In this document: positions 36,536-50,109 of the stretch, piece after piece
Layout of the letters: each line of letters begins with the position of its first letter
Numbering within the stretch: the stretch's first letter is position 1
Assembly (NCBI RefSeq): GCF_001194135.2
Contig: NC_068988.1
Location: 53,783,386 to 53,840,499, forward strand
Direction: 5' to 3'
DNA: 57,114 nt
DNA from: Octopus bimaculoides
Taxonomy: Eukaryota
Made by a program: the position numbers and the translations under genes
The notes under the pieces: model-generated
What the model was told of the DNA's origin: nothing
Database searches by the model: none
Seen by the model: the letters and a program-made list of their open reading frames with translations, nothing else

Positions 36536-38981
36536 AAATGAAATATATGTTTGATAATGTAGCCCTACTTACAGTATGTCTGGTAAAAAAAAAGACAAGA
36601 GGATGAGAGATCAAATGAAATAATATCTGTTAAGTAATGGGGTCAATTCAAAACAAGGATCTGTTCAGTTTTGCTCACAGATTTTATTGAAAAAACATTT
36701 TTTTTAGCTAAACAGTTTGAAACTTTGTAGACGTGTAATTTCTTATGCTGAACACGGTTTACTTTCAACATTTTTGACATTTTCATATTTTAGAAGTTTT
36801 TTCATGTAAAAGTTGTATTTGGGTAATTTTAACTAATCAATGATGTGTATTCAGTTGAAGAAAGCTACTGTTGTTTGCGATAATAATCGAAGAGGAACAA
36901 CTTCCAGGTCATTTCCACTAAATGTCATCACCCTGTTCTATTTCATTTTTGCTTACTGCCTGTGTTTCTTTTTGGTTCTCGCATTGGAGTAACCAGTAAA
37001 GATTGAAAAATCAACACCAAGAAGGAAGAAAAAAATAATTAAAATATCTGTAAGTGAAACTAAACAGGACCTAGAACAACACTCTCAAAAATTGTGTGGT
37101 TACAAATCATATTATTTTATGTAAATATTTCTCAAGTCCTGAGTAGCTTTTAAAGGGCTGGTGCTTAGTTCTGTTTCCATGGAGAAGAGAATTTGAAAAG
37201 CACCCTACCATCCTAAAAAAAAAAAAGGGCACTGAATTATGTAGTCCTGTTATGTACATTGTTTATGAAAATAGAGTGGTTATGATTTGAAAAAGGTCTG
37301 GTCAAGTAGAGATGACTTAGGGCTAAACAAAAGCATTAATAGCCATTGTTTTTCAACATGAACAACGTATGAATCAACAGGTATTTTGTTCAATGTTCTC
37401 ACAATTCTGCCATACAGTATGAACATCTCAACTGCTCATTTCCTTTTCTGTATTAATATGGTGATGACTTAGACCAGTGCAAGATTGATTTAACCTTTTG
37501 CTTGTCTTGTGTATTGTGTGGTACACTGGACATATTTCTCTGGTGTCTATGCATCACATATGATACACATTGCCAGTTTTTTACAACCGCCAGAGTAAAT
37601 GTTGGGCTAATGAAAGGAAAGCTTTATATTACTCAGAATGTATGGAAGCAAGGGCTGACTAAAAGTCTAAAGACAAGCAGGAGTGTTTAGGACAAACTTA
37701 CAAAAATGTTTTGGGCAGACAAGATTAAGCAATGGAGGTGGATTCAGGGATCTGTCAGTATTTGAGTTGTGATTCCTGGCTTGTAGCCATTTCACTTCAC
37801 TAAGGAAAGACACGAATGTCACACAATTTCATTTTTTCTTGTGTGAATGTAAGAAATAAGTTATCTTTAGAGAAATCCTAATAACAACAGTAGCAAGGAG
37901 AACAAGAATAATAACAACAAAAACAGAAGCAGCTGCAGAAGAATACAACTGCAATAACAAGTAATGACAGCAGGAAACATTGACCACAAACTTGAAGATG
38001 AATGATGTTTGGGGTTTAGACATTGTAATCTGTTCCAAATTTTCATTTTGATGGTCAGTTTTAAGCCAGCCTGCCTACTGACCAAAGTTCTTTATTTGTA
38101 TTAATGTTGGGAGAGGAAGATGTCACATCTGTCCAGTATTACCTCCTTCTCCCTCTACTACCTGCAGTCTTTTGTTGTCTTGGCAACATTTCAACTGATA
38201 CCAAAGGGGGACTGACTGGACCAGACACATTAAAGCCAGCCACTGCCTCTGGACACATTAATTTGTCCACCAGTTGGAGGTACAGATGGACAAAACAAGG
38301 TAATGAGTGGGAGGAAAGGGACTCTTTTTTTCTTTTCTTTGTTGATTCCTGTCCCCCTACCTACCTGATCCCTCTTTTCTCTTTGTAATTCAGGCTTTGA
38401 TATGGTGTGTGTTTTGTTGAAAGATTTGAGTGTTTGTGGAGATGGTTGTGTGTGTGGTGTGTGGGGATGGGTGATTGTTTTTCCTGTTGGTGGAAAATAT
38501 ATCTATCTATATATTATATCTGTTTACAAATTTACCCTATCTTTATATTAATGTATAGTAGTTATCATAACTATGTAAAAGGTCTCAATGTGATTATTAT
38601 ACTCTGTAACTATTATTATTGTGTTTGGATATATCTTTCTTTGAAGCTATATTTTGGTGTGTTAATAAATGATTAGATGTGTGTTCTCATGCTTAGATGG
38701 TGGTGTGTGTGTAGAGAAAGAAAGTGAGAGAGCCAGTAGTAATGGTGGCAGTGGTAATTATGGAGAGGTAATTCATAATGGAATGAGTTTGTGTGTGTGT
38801 GTGTTTTGATTGGTTGGGTACAGACTGTGTTGAAAGAAAATGCATTGTGTGTAGTAGCTGGTCCTATAATTGATGGAATGAGTTCGATTATAATTGGTGG
38901 TGTGGGACTTCTTGTGGTTGCTTAACTTTCTGCTTCATTGTTTGGACATGCAGAAACCACAAAATTTTGATTAAAAATTGC

Positions 38982-39034
<53 letters not shown>

Positions 39035-39116
39035 TGTTTCAGTCAATGGACTGTCACCATGTTGGGGTACTACCTTAACTCTTTAGCTAGCATTTGGATT
39101 ACAGTCAAGCATTTTA

Positions 39117-39498
39117 CTCTTTTACTTGTTTCAGTCATTTGACTGCAGCCATGCTGGAGCACCAACTTTAGTCGAGCAAATCGACCCCAGGACTTATTCT
39201 TTGGAAGCCTAGTACTTATTCTATCGGCCTCTTTTGCTGAACCGCTAAGTTAGGGGACATAAACACACCAGCATCGGTTGTCAAACGATGCTAGGGGGAC
39301 AAACACAAACACACACACATATATATATATGTATATACGACGGGCTTCTTTCAGTTTCCGTCTACCAAATCCACTCACAAGGCTTTGGTCGGCCTGAGAC
39401 TATAGTCGAAGACACTTGCCCAAGGTGTCATGCAGTGGGACTGAACCAGGAACCATGTGGTCGGAAAGCAAGTTACTTACCACACAGCCACTCCTGCG
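39117..39498 (-). mobile_element. Full-length young SINE family B
   Basis: Retains CpGs. It is the complete reverse complement of the family B head-to-tail structure. Confidence 0.9.
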
Positions 39499-40360
39499 CA
39501 ATGTTTATTTATTCAAATTGGTTTGAATTAATCATGCAGTATCTCACTGCTTCTAGATTTCAGTGATGTGATGATGTATTTTTAGAGTGATATTGTATGG
39601 ACATAAAATATGTAGAATATTTGGGCCTGATATGGCTGATCTAAATGCTAAAGGATTAAAGGGTTTGATTGAGCAAATCAGCCCAAATACTTTTTTTTCT
39701 CTTGGTCTCTTTTGCTGAACCACTTCATCCAGCAGCTAGACCTCTTTCGCAACCATCAGTGTCTTCCCTATTTTGAAATTCTGCCATTCTGTAGATAAGA
39801 TATTTACAGAAAATTTTAAAATCATAAACAATAATGTGTGTGTGTGTATAACAGGATACAATGCTTTTGGTAGTATACAAAATAGTATGTTAGTAATAAT
39901 TAGCTTAGTCAGAAGAAACGCAGGAATTATTCCTTAGTTTATTTATATACAGGTACAAGATGTCTTCAAATTTTCCAGTGAAACAGAATAAAATAAAATA
40001 TATACATTATCACATTTAATCCTTTAGGATTTAAACTGGCCATATCTGGCCAAAATATTCTACCTGTTTTATATTCAAACTGACCGGATTTGGCCTTTCA
40101 CACTAACATTACAATATCATTCTAAAACTTATGTTACCTCATGAAAATCTCACAGCTACAAAATAATGCATGATTAATTCAAAACAATATGAATGCTAAA
40201 GAGTTAAGAAATTTTCAAGCAGTTGAGAATGATTATGCCTTTACAAGAATGGGATAAATTCTCAAATAAAATGATGTAAATTTTTTTCTTTACTTCATTT
40301 TATTTCACTTATTTGGAAAATTTGAAGAATTTCTATACTTGTATAATAAATAAATCATGA

Positions 40361-40546
40361 GTACCCTTAACGTAGTTCTCGGGGATATTCAGCATGACAC
40401 AGTGTGACAAGGCTGACCCCTTTGAATTACAGGCACAACGAAAACAAGAAGTGAGAGAAAGTTGTGGAAGAGTACAACACCCGGTCTGGGAATCGAATCC
40501 TATGACCTCGAGTCCGCTGCCCTAACCACTGGGCCATTGCACCTCC
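40361..40546 (-). mobile_element. SINE family A, internally deleted 5' part
   Basis: Reverse complement of the 1383-1650 segment with a deletion. Confidence 0.85.
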
Positions 40547-40861
40547 ACACATACATATACATACATATATATAATCATGTTGAGCTGCAATAAATGTAGG
40601 AAATTTTTGGGGGTGTAATTTTGTGTTATGCAAAATGTCAACAACTTAAAAACCTGTTTTGGGCCCTCTTCTTGTCTGTGTAGTAGATTAACATGTTGTG
40701 GAAGATAGTGTCCCAGCTCTTTTGAAGCTATTTTGTCTGGTACAGTTATTGTTGGCATTAAACATTGGTTTCCTGTTACTTGAAATCTTGGCAACTGGTA
40801 CCATCATACACTACAATAATACAAAATTCATAATTGATGATGAAGACTGATGTGAGCATAT

Positions 40862-40897
<36 letters not shown>

Positions 40898-41400
40898 CCA
40901 TACTCTCACTCACTCACTCACTCTATGTTCAGTATAGGTCAAATGGAATATTGATACTCATGTGATATGAAAGGGTTTACAGGAGATGGCTATTGTTTCC
41001 AGGGCAAATATTCAATTCTTTTGTCTAGTTTATATAAATGACCTACATTACAATAATAGAAAATTTACAGGGCATGACAGAACAAGACAGAATTTACATT
41101 CTTGAGCAGGAGTTTGTAAAATATATTTGTAGTTATTGTGAATATTTACATAAAAGGGGGCAAAGAGTTGATATTTCAGATTCTTGAAATTTTCTGATAT
41201 CATCTGATATTGTAAAATGCACTCACATACACATATATAAAATGGACATTTTTTTAGTTTCCATTTAACCAAATCTACTGACAAGGATTTTCCCAGTGTG
41301 CTAATGATCTTGCCAGTTTGCTACCTTAGTATATTAGTAATAATAATAAGTTAGAAGGTTGGTAGAATAAATGAAGCAATCGCTCCTTAGTTTATTTATA

Positions 41401-42666
41401 TCAAGTTGAGTAAAAAGTAAGCAACGTTTTGAACCGTGAAGAATTTGTACTGGATATTTGCAGAGTTTTAAATTTTTTTAAAACATTTTTTTGCAATTGT
41501 CTGATAATGCAGACATAGACTTGCCCAAATGCATCAATAAGTTAACATTGATATTTTTTTCACCGTTGTTACAATCATCTGAAATGGAGCTGTTGAAGCG
41601 CAATATTCAAGCAATTCTGCTATTGAACTTCAAAAAAGGATGTTAAGCAGCTGAAGCTGCTCACAATATCAACGAAATGTTTGGTGAGGAGATGACCTGT
41701 GAGCGGTTAGCTCAAAAACGGTTTAAACGATTTCACAGTGGAGACCTGAGCCTTGAAGTTTGTGAGCATAGTGGACGCCCATCTGTCATCGATGACAGTC
41801 TATTAAAAACTGTCATTGAGAAAGATCCATGTAAAACCACTCTAGAACTGGCAAAAGAACTTCGAGTTAGCCAGAAAACTGCCTGCAACCATTTGCATGC
41901 AATCAGAAAATCAAAAAAGCTTGACAAATGGGCACCACATGATTTGAATGAAAATCAGAAAATGTGCAGATATGAAATTTGCTTGTCGTTTCTTCTCCAT
42001 AACCAGACCAATCCATTTTTTTACTGTATTGTAACTTGCGATGAAAAGTGGATTTTCTGTACAATAATAAAAATGTTCTTCGCAATGCTTAAACCAAAAT
42101 GAAGTGCTGAAAACCTTCCCTAAACCTGAGCTCTTCAAAAAGAAGGTTATGGTGACTCTTTGGTGGTGTACTGCTGGACTCATCCACTATAACTTCTTAA
42201 AACCTGGAAAAACCATTACTGCAGAAACATATTGCCATAAAATTGCCAAAATGAATGGATAACTGCTACTCTTCTGTTCCAGACTGGTCAATAGAAGAGG
42301 GCATGACAATGCTTGGCCACACGTTTCACTAATGATACTCCAGAAGTTGAGAGAACTTGGCTACAAAATTCTTCCCCACCCAGCTTATTCCCCAGACCTT
42401 TCTCCTATTTGACTATCACTTTTTCAAGCACCTTGATGGTTTCCTATGAAAGAAGGGGTTCAAAAATCAAACCACTACTTTAAGAGTTCATCAGCTCCAG
42501 AACTTCAGATTTTTATGTTACTGGAATAAACAAACTTGTAACTCATTGGCAAAAATGCGTTCATTGTAATGGTACTCACTTTGATGAATAAAGTTACCGC
42601 ATTGTTGAAATAGGTTGTGATGAATTTCATGTTTCGAAACGTTGCTTTACTTTTTACTCAGCCTGA
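41401..42666 (+). mobile_element. Full-length decayed mariner (DD34D) transposon
   Basis: TIRs TCAAGTTGAGTAAAAAGTAA-GCAACGTTT / AAACGTTGCTTTACTTTTTACTCAGCCTGA, with TA on both sides. Transposase remnants at 41584-42590: SGRPS, TCDEKW, HDNA, YSPDLSP, DYHFF. Frameshifts and stops present. Confidence 0.95.
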
Positions 42667-43265
42667 TATACAAGTACAGAATGTGTTGAAGTAAAATAAA
42701 GTAAAATATTTATGTCATCACATTTAAGGATTTGTTTAACACTTGAGAATGCTTATTCTCAAGCACAAGATAATTTCTTAAAATGTAATGATGAAAATAT
42801 ATTTTTTTTTATTACATTTTATTTGACTTCATTTCTTTTCGTTGGGAAATTTGAAGATTTCCTGTAATTGTATATAAAATATGTTAAGGAGCAATTCCTT
42901 CATTTCTTCTGACTAGCTACATTATTATATTACTAATATACATCTGTTATCTCTCATTTGTTTTAGTTATTACACTGCAGCCTTGCTGGGGCACCATCTT
43001 GAAGAATTTTTGTTGAATGAGTCGATCCTAGTACTTATTTTTTAAACCTGATACTTATTCTTTTGTTCTCTTTTGTTGAACCGCTAAGTTACAGGAATGT
43101 AAACACACTAGCAATGATTGTCAAGCAGTGGTGGAGGATAAACACACACACACACATTGCTGATGGGCTTCTTTTAGTTTCCATCAATCAAATCCACTCA
43201 CAAGGCTTTGGTCAGCCCAGCCACTACACATTCCTTATTTTCTCTCCTTGTTTCTTTCTGTGTTC

Positions 43266-43301
43266 CTTTCTGTGGAAGAGCGTAGGCTCGAAACGTTAAA
43301 G
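43266..43301 (+). ncRNA. Degenerate minimal hammerhead-ribozyme-like motif in a repeat
   Basis: CTTT-CTGTGGA-A-GAGC(GTAG)GCTC-GAAAC-GTT-AAAG. This gives stem I CTTT/AAAG, stem II GAGC/GCTC and a palindromic ACGT helix III. The core A6 is replaced by T. Confidence 0.4.
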
Positions 43302-43504
43302 ACTTTTCACTTCCTGAGCATTAAACTAATACATTTGGTTGTCTATACCACCTGTCTTTGTCTTTTGCTTTTTTGTGAATTCTCCCCCTATAGTAGAAGA
43401 TGCTTGTCCAAGATGCTATTTGGTGTGACTGAACTTGGAACTAGGTGGTTGGCAAGCAAACTTGTTAACATACAGCCATACATGCAGCTCGATCTCTCTT
43501 TCTT

Positions 43505-43544
<40 letters not shown>

Positions 43545-43917
43545 ATATATGTGTGTGTGTGTGTATTTATTTATCATCTTGTTGAGCTGTATTAACTGGA
43601 GATATCAGAAATGGAGAAAACTTTATGGGATGAAATTTTACAGCAGGTAAAACCTCAACACCTTAAAAAAAAAAAAAAACCTGTTATGAAACTTCTTAAT
43701 CTTATAGCAGATTAAGATAATGCTGAAGATATTTTCACATCTCTTTTGAATCTATTTTACCTGGTACTGTTATTGTCTGCACTAAACATTAGTTTCCTGT
43801 TATTAGAGATCATACACTACACATTGATACAAAATTCATGATTGATGGAAGAAACAAGCACAGTCATATGCACATACATGTATAATGTTCAGTTTAAGTC
43901 TAATGGAGTACTGATGC

Positions 43918-44330
43918 CAGTGTGGCTGTGTGGTAAGAAGCTTGCTTCCCAATCATATGGTTCTAGGTTCAGTTCCATTGTGTGACACCTTGGGTGTCTT
44001 CTACTTTAGTCCCGAGCTGACCAAGGCCTTGTGTGTGTATTTGGGTTGATGGAAATTGATTGAAGCTTGTTGCATATATGTGTGTGTCTGTGCGTCTTTG
44101 TGTTTATACACTACCACCACTTGACAACCAGTGTTGGTTTGTTTATGTCCCTGTAATCTAGTGGTTTGGCAAAAAAAAAAAAAAAGACCGATAGAATAAG
44201 TACCAAGCTTGAAAAAAACAAACAAACAAAAATACAGGTAGTGGGGTTGATTTATTTGACTGAAACACCATTTAAAGTAATGCCTTAACAAAACTGCATG
44301 CAGTCCAATGACTGAAATAAATAACAGATA
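43918..44330 (+). mobile_element. SINE family B copy
   Basis: GTGTGGCTGTGTGGTAAGAAGCTTGCTTCCCAATCATATGGTTCTAGGTTCAG...GACTGAAATAAATAA. Confidence 0.85.
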
Positions 44331-44355
44331 AAATATATCTTGAAAGGGTTTAGAG

Positions 44356-44620
44356 CAATGCTACTCAAAGTGGTGGTCTGCGGACTGGTGTTGGTATGCG
44401 TCGAGTTTCCAGAAAAGAAGAAACATTATAAAATGCTTATGTAATGTATTATTTGTTTACAAAATATAAGATAAAAAAAAATTGTCAACTTTTATTATAT
44501 TCATTGTATATATTGTTTCCAGTATAAATTAATATTATTAAGAAATATTACTGGTCCCTGACATATTGGAAAAAAAAAAAAACTGTCAGTATGCCACATC
44601 AGATAGTTTGAGAAGCACTG
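44356..44620. mobile_element. hAT (Charlie-like) MITE
   Basis: Termini CAATGCTACTCAAA / TTTGAGAAGCACTG and an exact 8-bp TSD GTTTAGAG (44348-44355, 44621-44628), matching the NTCTAGAN-type Charlie target. Confidence 0.85.
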
Positions 44621-45344
44621 GTTTAGAGGAGATGACTATTATTTCCAAAACATTCAATTCTTTTGTTCAGTTTATATAAATGACCTACATCACAATAATA
44701 GAAAATTTACAGGGCATGACAGAACAACACAGAATTTACATTCTTGAGCTGGAGTTTATAAAATATATTTATAGTTGTTGTGAATATTTACATAAAAGGG
44801 GGCAAAGAGTTGATATTTCAGATTCTTGAAATTTTCTAATATCATCTGGTATCATAAAACATTTGTGCATTTTTATTGGAGACTTGTCTTTATAATCCAA
44901 CATTTATCTCGTTTTTATTTTATTTTATTATTTTTTTGCTATTGACACGTGTGTGACTGTATAGCTGAATGGTTAAGACATTCATGTCACAAACATGAAG
45001 CTCTAAATTCAATTTCATAATGTGGCATCTTGGGCAAGTGTTTTCTATCATGTGTTTGATTTGATACAAACCTTAAGTGAAATTGAATAGATGGAAATTG
45101 TGCAAAAGCCTGTTGGATGAACAGCACTTATAAATCAGAAACCCATCCTTGTCACAATCACACTGAATCTGCTTCATAATTATGTTAATGGTATGAGTGT
45201 ATGTGGAGTACTCAGCCATTCACCCTACTATTCAATGAGTAAGTAGTGCTTGCAATTGAACTACTGGAATGCATTAATTTATATTTTTGTGCATATATCC
45301 TTTTACTTGTTTCAGTCATTTTAACTGCAACCATGCTGGCAACA

Positions 45345-46265
45345 AGTATAGTGAAGAATTCTGGGTAGGGGTCCACTGAGGATCAGTCCTCAGCCCCCTC
45401 TTATTCATCATAGTCTTCCAAGCAGTGATAGGGGAATTCAAGACAGAATGCTCCTGAGAGCTTCTGTATGCTGATGACCTTGTTCTAATAGCTGAGTCAC
45501 TGTCAGAACTAGAGAAGTTTCAAGTGTAGAAGCAAGGTCTAGAATCGAAGAGCCTTAGAGTCAATCTAGCAAAAACCAAAGTCTAATAAGTAGGAAGGCA
45601 TACAAATCACAAATCCCTTCAGGTAGATGGCTCTGTTCGATCTGTAGAAAAGCCATAGGTAGAAACTCCATAAGATGTACCCGGTGTAAGCTATGGACAC
45701 ATAAGAAGTGCAGCAATATCAAAGGAAGGCTAACTAGCAAGATAGTTTTTGTGTGTGTGGCAAATGCTCAGGGGGCAGTAAACGTTGAAAATGTGCAGAA
45801 AACAGCTTCCGTCACATGTTGGGAAGAAACTAGAAGTAGTTGATAGCTACCATTACCTAGGTGAGCAAGTCAGTAGTGGATGCTCTGAGAGTGTAGCTGC
45901 TAGAATTAGAATAGCCTAGGCAAAGTTCAGAGAGCTCCTACCTCTGCTGGTGACAAAGGGCCTCTCGCTCAGAGTAAAAGGTAGACTGAATGACGCATGT
46001 AAGCGAACAGCTATGCTACATGGCAGTGAAACATGGGCCAACTGCTGAGGACATGCGTAAGTTTGCAAGGAATGACACTAGTATGCTCCACTGGATGTGT
46101 AATGTCAGTGTGCATAGACGACAGAGTGTAAGTGCCCTGAAAGAAAAGTTGGACATATGAAGCATCAGATGTGATGTGCAAGAGAGACAACTGCGCTGGT
46201 ATGGTCATGTGTTATGTATAGTTGAGGACAACTGTGTGTAAAAATGTCATACCCTAGCAATAGAG
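45345..46265 (+). pseudogene. Decayed RTE-clade LINE reverse transcriptase and C-terminus
   Basis: GVH*GSVLSPLLF, LLYADDLVL, YHYLG, AWAKFRELLPLL, MLHGSETW, LRWYGHV. Confidence 0.9.
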
Positions 46266-46300
46266 CTTAGGACTTGCACTTGTGAAAAACCAGTGAAATA

Positions 46301-46403
46301 GAAAAAAATCCCTTACTTGAAGAACAAGTAAGGATTGTGACTAAAAGAGCATTTACCTTTTGATCTCAACTCTCACTTGTTCTTCAAGTAAGGGATTTTT
46401 TCC
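46301..46403. repeat. Short inverted repeat (29-bp arms), TA-flanked
   Basis: GAAAAAAATCCCTTACTTGAAGAACAAGT / ACTTGTTCTTCAAGTAAGGGATTTTTTCC. Confidence 0.75.
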
Positions 46404-47414
46404 TAAGTATGATGTCAATTAGGTAGTGTTGTGCAATGACATGTGGAATGTAAATAATACTCATATATACAGTATGCTTGGCATCCATACAGTTTCTGTC
46501 CACCACTCATAAAGCATTGGTAACCTAATAGTAGACATTTGCCTCAGGTGTCATGCAGTAGAACTTAACTTGAAACTACACAGTTGGCAGAAACACATGT
46601 TCACAGCTTTCTGATTGTCTTCAGAAAAAAAAAAAAAATCTTGAGCTTTTTCTTATTGCATGTTAATTCAGGAAATTGGTTGTTGATTGATTGTTGAGAT
46701 TGTCTCGTCCTTTGAAGTCAGATGTAATTGCCGTTTGTTGCTTGTTTACGTTCTCTCAAAGCTATGTTCTAATTATATCTTTTTTAGAATTTATTTTTTT
46801 TGTTATGAGTTCCTTGCAGTTTGTTTGTAAAAGTAAAGTTCCTAAAACCATTAACATTTCTAGATACTCACAGCTGTCTCTTCAAACTGAAGTGGGATCG
46901 GCATATGTTAGTGTTTCTTAATAATTGCTAGGAGTGGTATGGCTGGTGTAGACTTTCTACAAGAAGTTGGATTTTAACTGTTTGATTTATGTGTCAATTA
47001 AATGTTTTGATTTATGTTGTTTTCGTGTTTATTTGACTTAGAATTCCTGTGTTGTGAGTATTGTTTGCATCATTAATAATCTATTTTGTGTGTGTGTGGT
47101 AGTAGTAATGGTGGGGATTTTAGTGAGTATGGATGTGCTGTTGCTCAGTAGTGCCTTCTGGTCTAGTTTCATGTGTGATGTAATGCAATGTATGTAACTG
47201 CTCCCTTGTTGTAAATGTTTGGTGATCTGGAATGTTATAAGCATCATGATTCTAATTGTTATATTGGCTTTACAAGTATGACACTATCCTGTCATATCAT
47301 CATCATCATTTAATATCCATTTCCCATGCTGGCATGGGTTGGACAATCTGACAGAAGCTGGCCAACTGGAAAACTGCCCAGGCTTCAATTGTCTGCTTCT
47401 GCAGCCCAATGCTG

Positions 47415-47458
<44 letters not shown>

Positions 47459-47542
47459 TTCTCTNNNNNNNNNNNNNNNNNNNNNNNNNNNNNNNNNNNN
47501 NNNNNNNNNNNNNNNNNNNNNNNNNNNNNNNNNNNNNNNNNN

Positions 47543-47589
<47 letters not shown>

Positions 47590-48293
47590 AAATTGTATCA
47601 TTGCTATCCAGCCGTTCCCTATATACCCATGTTTACCACTTGCTGCATACCCTTCTCCACTCTCTCTCATTCTCCTTTTACATTCTTCTGATCTCCCTGC
47701 TCACTCTGTCCAATCCTCTCTACCATCCCACTAACATTCCCCTCCTTGTACCTTGAGGATACACTCTGGCACATCTTCACCATCTTTTCTCTCTCTCTCC
47801 CTCTCTCTCTCTGACTGTTCCTATCCCCTCTATCATACTCTAACCTCTCATCACTAGGCACAAAGCCACCTCCCTCAATACTACTCTTCCTCTCAGTTGA
47901 GGGGGGGGGTCTTGCAAGTTACTTGTTGATCTCATCAGCGCTGGCACTATATAAAAAGCATCCAGTACACTCTGTAAAGTGGTTGGCATTAGAAAGGGCA
48001 CCCAGCCATAGTAATCATTTCAAAGCTGTCAGTAGAGCTTGGTGTTGTCTTCTGGCTTACCAACACTTATCAAACTGTCAAACTTTTGTCAGCATAGAAA
48101 GTAAATGTTAAATGATGATGATGATAGGCTCAGACATGGCTATGTGATTAAAAAACTCACTTTGCAACCACTTGGTTCTGGGTTCAGTCCCATTGTACAG
48201 CACCTTGGGCAAGTGTCTTCTACTACAGCTCTGGGCCAGATAATGCCTTGTGAGTGAGTTTGGTAGACAGACTATTTGGATGCCTGTCATATA

Positions 48294-48414
48294 CGAGGGT
48301 TGTATGAAAAGTCTTGAGCCTCTAAAACACAATATAGTACAAGACTTCTGATAAAGGTACAAGACATCAAGGCTCAAAGGCCTTGAAGGCTCAAAACTTT
48401 TCATACACCCCTCG
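48294..48414. mobile_element. Mariner-type MITE (121 bp) nested in a family B SINE
   Basis: TA|CGAGGGTTGTATGAAAAGT ... ACTTTTCATACACCCCTCG|TA. The host SINE spans ~48130-48750. Confidence 0.85.
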
Positions 48415-49680
48415 TATATAGAATACATATATAACACACACACACATACGTATGTATGTATGTACGTACATACATACGTATGTATGTATGTACGTACATA
48501 CATACGTATGTATGTATGTATGTATGTATGTATGCATATGTGAATAGTTGTTTGTGTTTGTTCTTCTCTCCTACTGCTTGACAACAAGTGTTGGTTTGTT
48601 TACATTTCTGTAACTTAGTGGTTAGGCAAATGACACCAGTAGAGTAAATAACAAACCTAAAAAATAAGTATTGGGCTCAATTTGTTTGACTAAATCCTTC
48701 AAGGCAGTGTCCAAGCATGGCCACAACTCAATGATTAAAACAAGTGGAAGAGCAAAGATGATACATAGTTGACAAAAATTATTGCTTAAAAAAATGTGTT
48801 AAAATATTTTGGCATGTTTTGGAAGCATCTTCATTGACAGTAAATACAATGCATATTTTTACTCCACTTCAGAGCCATAAATTATTTCAGCCCTTCCCCC
48901 AATCAACTCCACAACAGTTGCTAACACTACAAAGTTCAGGTAAGGCCTATATTGGAGTACTGTTTCCACTTCTGGGATGGTGTTACTGATACGCATACGG
49001 ATATTCTGGGCTACATCCTGAGAAGAGCCACTCAGCTTTTTGGCTTATTCTGGCTTCAGGCCCAACACTGTACAATCTACTCTCTGTCTGTCTCTCACTC
49101 TCTGTCGCATTTGTTCCTTGAAGCTGGTTAGTCTTGTATGTATTTTCTTCGTCTAGGGCCACTCAAATACCCCCCCCACCACCACCACCACCATAGCCAC
49201 ACAGTAACCACTATGCTCTGTGCCTCCTCCTGAGAACTCTCCCCTCACTCTCTGAAATCTTTTTGGTCATTTGTGTTTCCTCTAAGTGTTGAATTGCATT
49301 AGTTGAAATGGGACCCCAATAGCATTAAGCTCACTGATCTCAAAAAGCTGATAAACATCATAATCACTTGCTCCTCCCAGACTCGGCAAGTAAAAAAATT
49401 AAAAAAGATGTTTATCACCATCATCATCATCATCATCAGTTATTTATTTTTCCAAAATGCTATTTCTATATCCTTTTGTTATATCCTTGTTGCTGCTGTG
49501 TCTTCCTTTGATCAATGAAAACTGCACCTGTTTGTGTATTGTATCTTGTCCTTTGATATTGCCTTCAATGCTTTGAGCCCTTGAATAAAGGGTAAGGGGA
49601 AGAGACCCCTTCAGTCATGAATGACCATGGGATTTTACCTAGAAAGTTCCCCTCCAAGGTGCAAGTCCGGGCAAGGTAGT

Positions 49681-50109
49681 TGTTGTAATGAGAGATAGAC
49701 TGGTCTGTGTAAAGTATTCATATTAATGATCCAAGTGAGTTCGAAAGGTTTGGAGTTGAGTGAAGTTTGTGCTAGTTCGGAGTGAAGTCGGAAGGTGTTG
49801 GTTGGTTAGTTCACTAGGAATATTGATTGTTAGTTTGTAAAGAGATTTGTCAGTTCATTACATTGTTGCTACTATTGTCTGATGTTGTGATGAGAGTTAC
49901 AACACCCCCTTGCGAGAGAGACTGGTCCGAGTAAAGTATAAATAGTAACGATCCGAGTGAGTTTGAGAGATTCAGTCATGGGAAGAGATTCAGAGAAGAT
50001 GGAAGGTGTCGGTTGGTTAGTTCACAAGGAATATTGATTGTTGGTTTGTTAGTTCGTTACTGTTGTCTGGTTATCTTATTTATTGTACGTAACAAATTAC
50101 ATTACAACA
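49681..50109. mobile_element. Solo LTR (TG...CA) nested in a SINE
   Basis: 10-bp terminal inverted repeats TGTTGTAATG/CATTACAACA, 5-bp TSD GTAGT/GTTGT (1 mismatch) and a TATAAA box near 49937-49942. Both flanks rejoin into one SINE (49590-50360). Confidence 0.75.

Noticed and set aside
38104-38388. Protein-like frames on both strands with a possible donor AAG|GTAATG
   Set aside because: No recognisable domain and no consistent acceptor/donor pair.
46444-46462. miR-1-like TGGAATGTAAA
   Set aside because: Only 11 nt match and there is no complementary arm.
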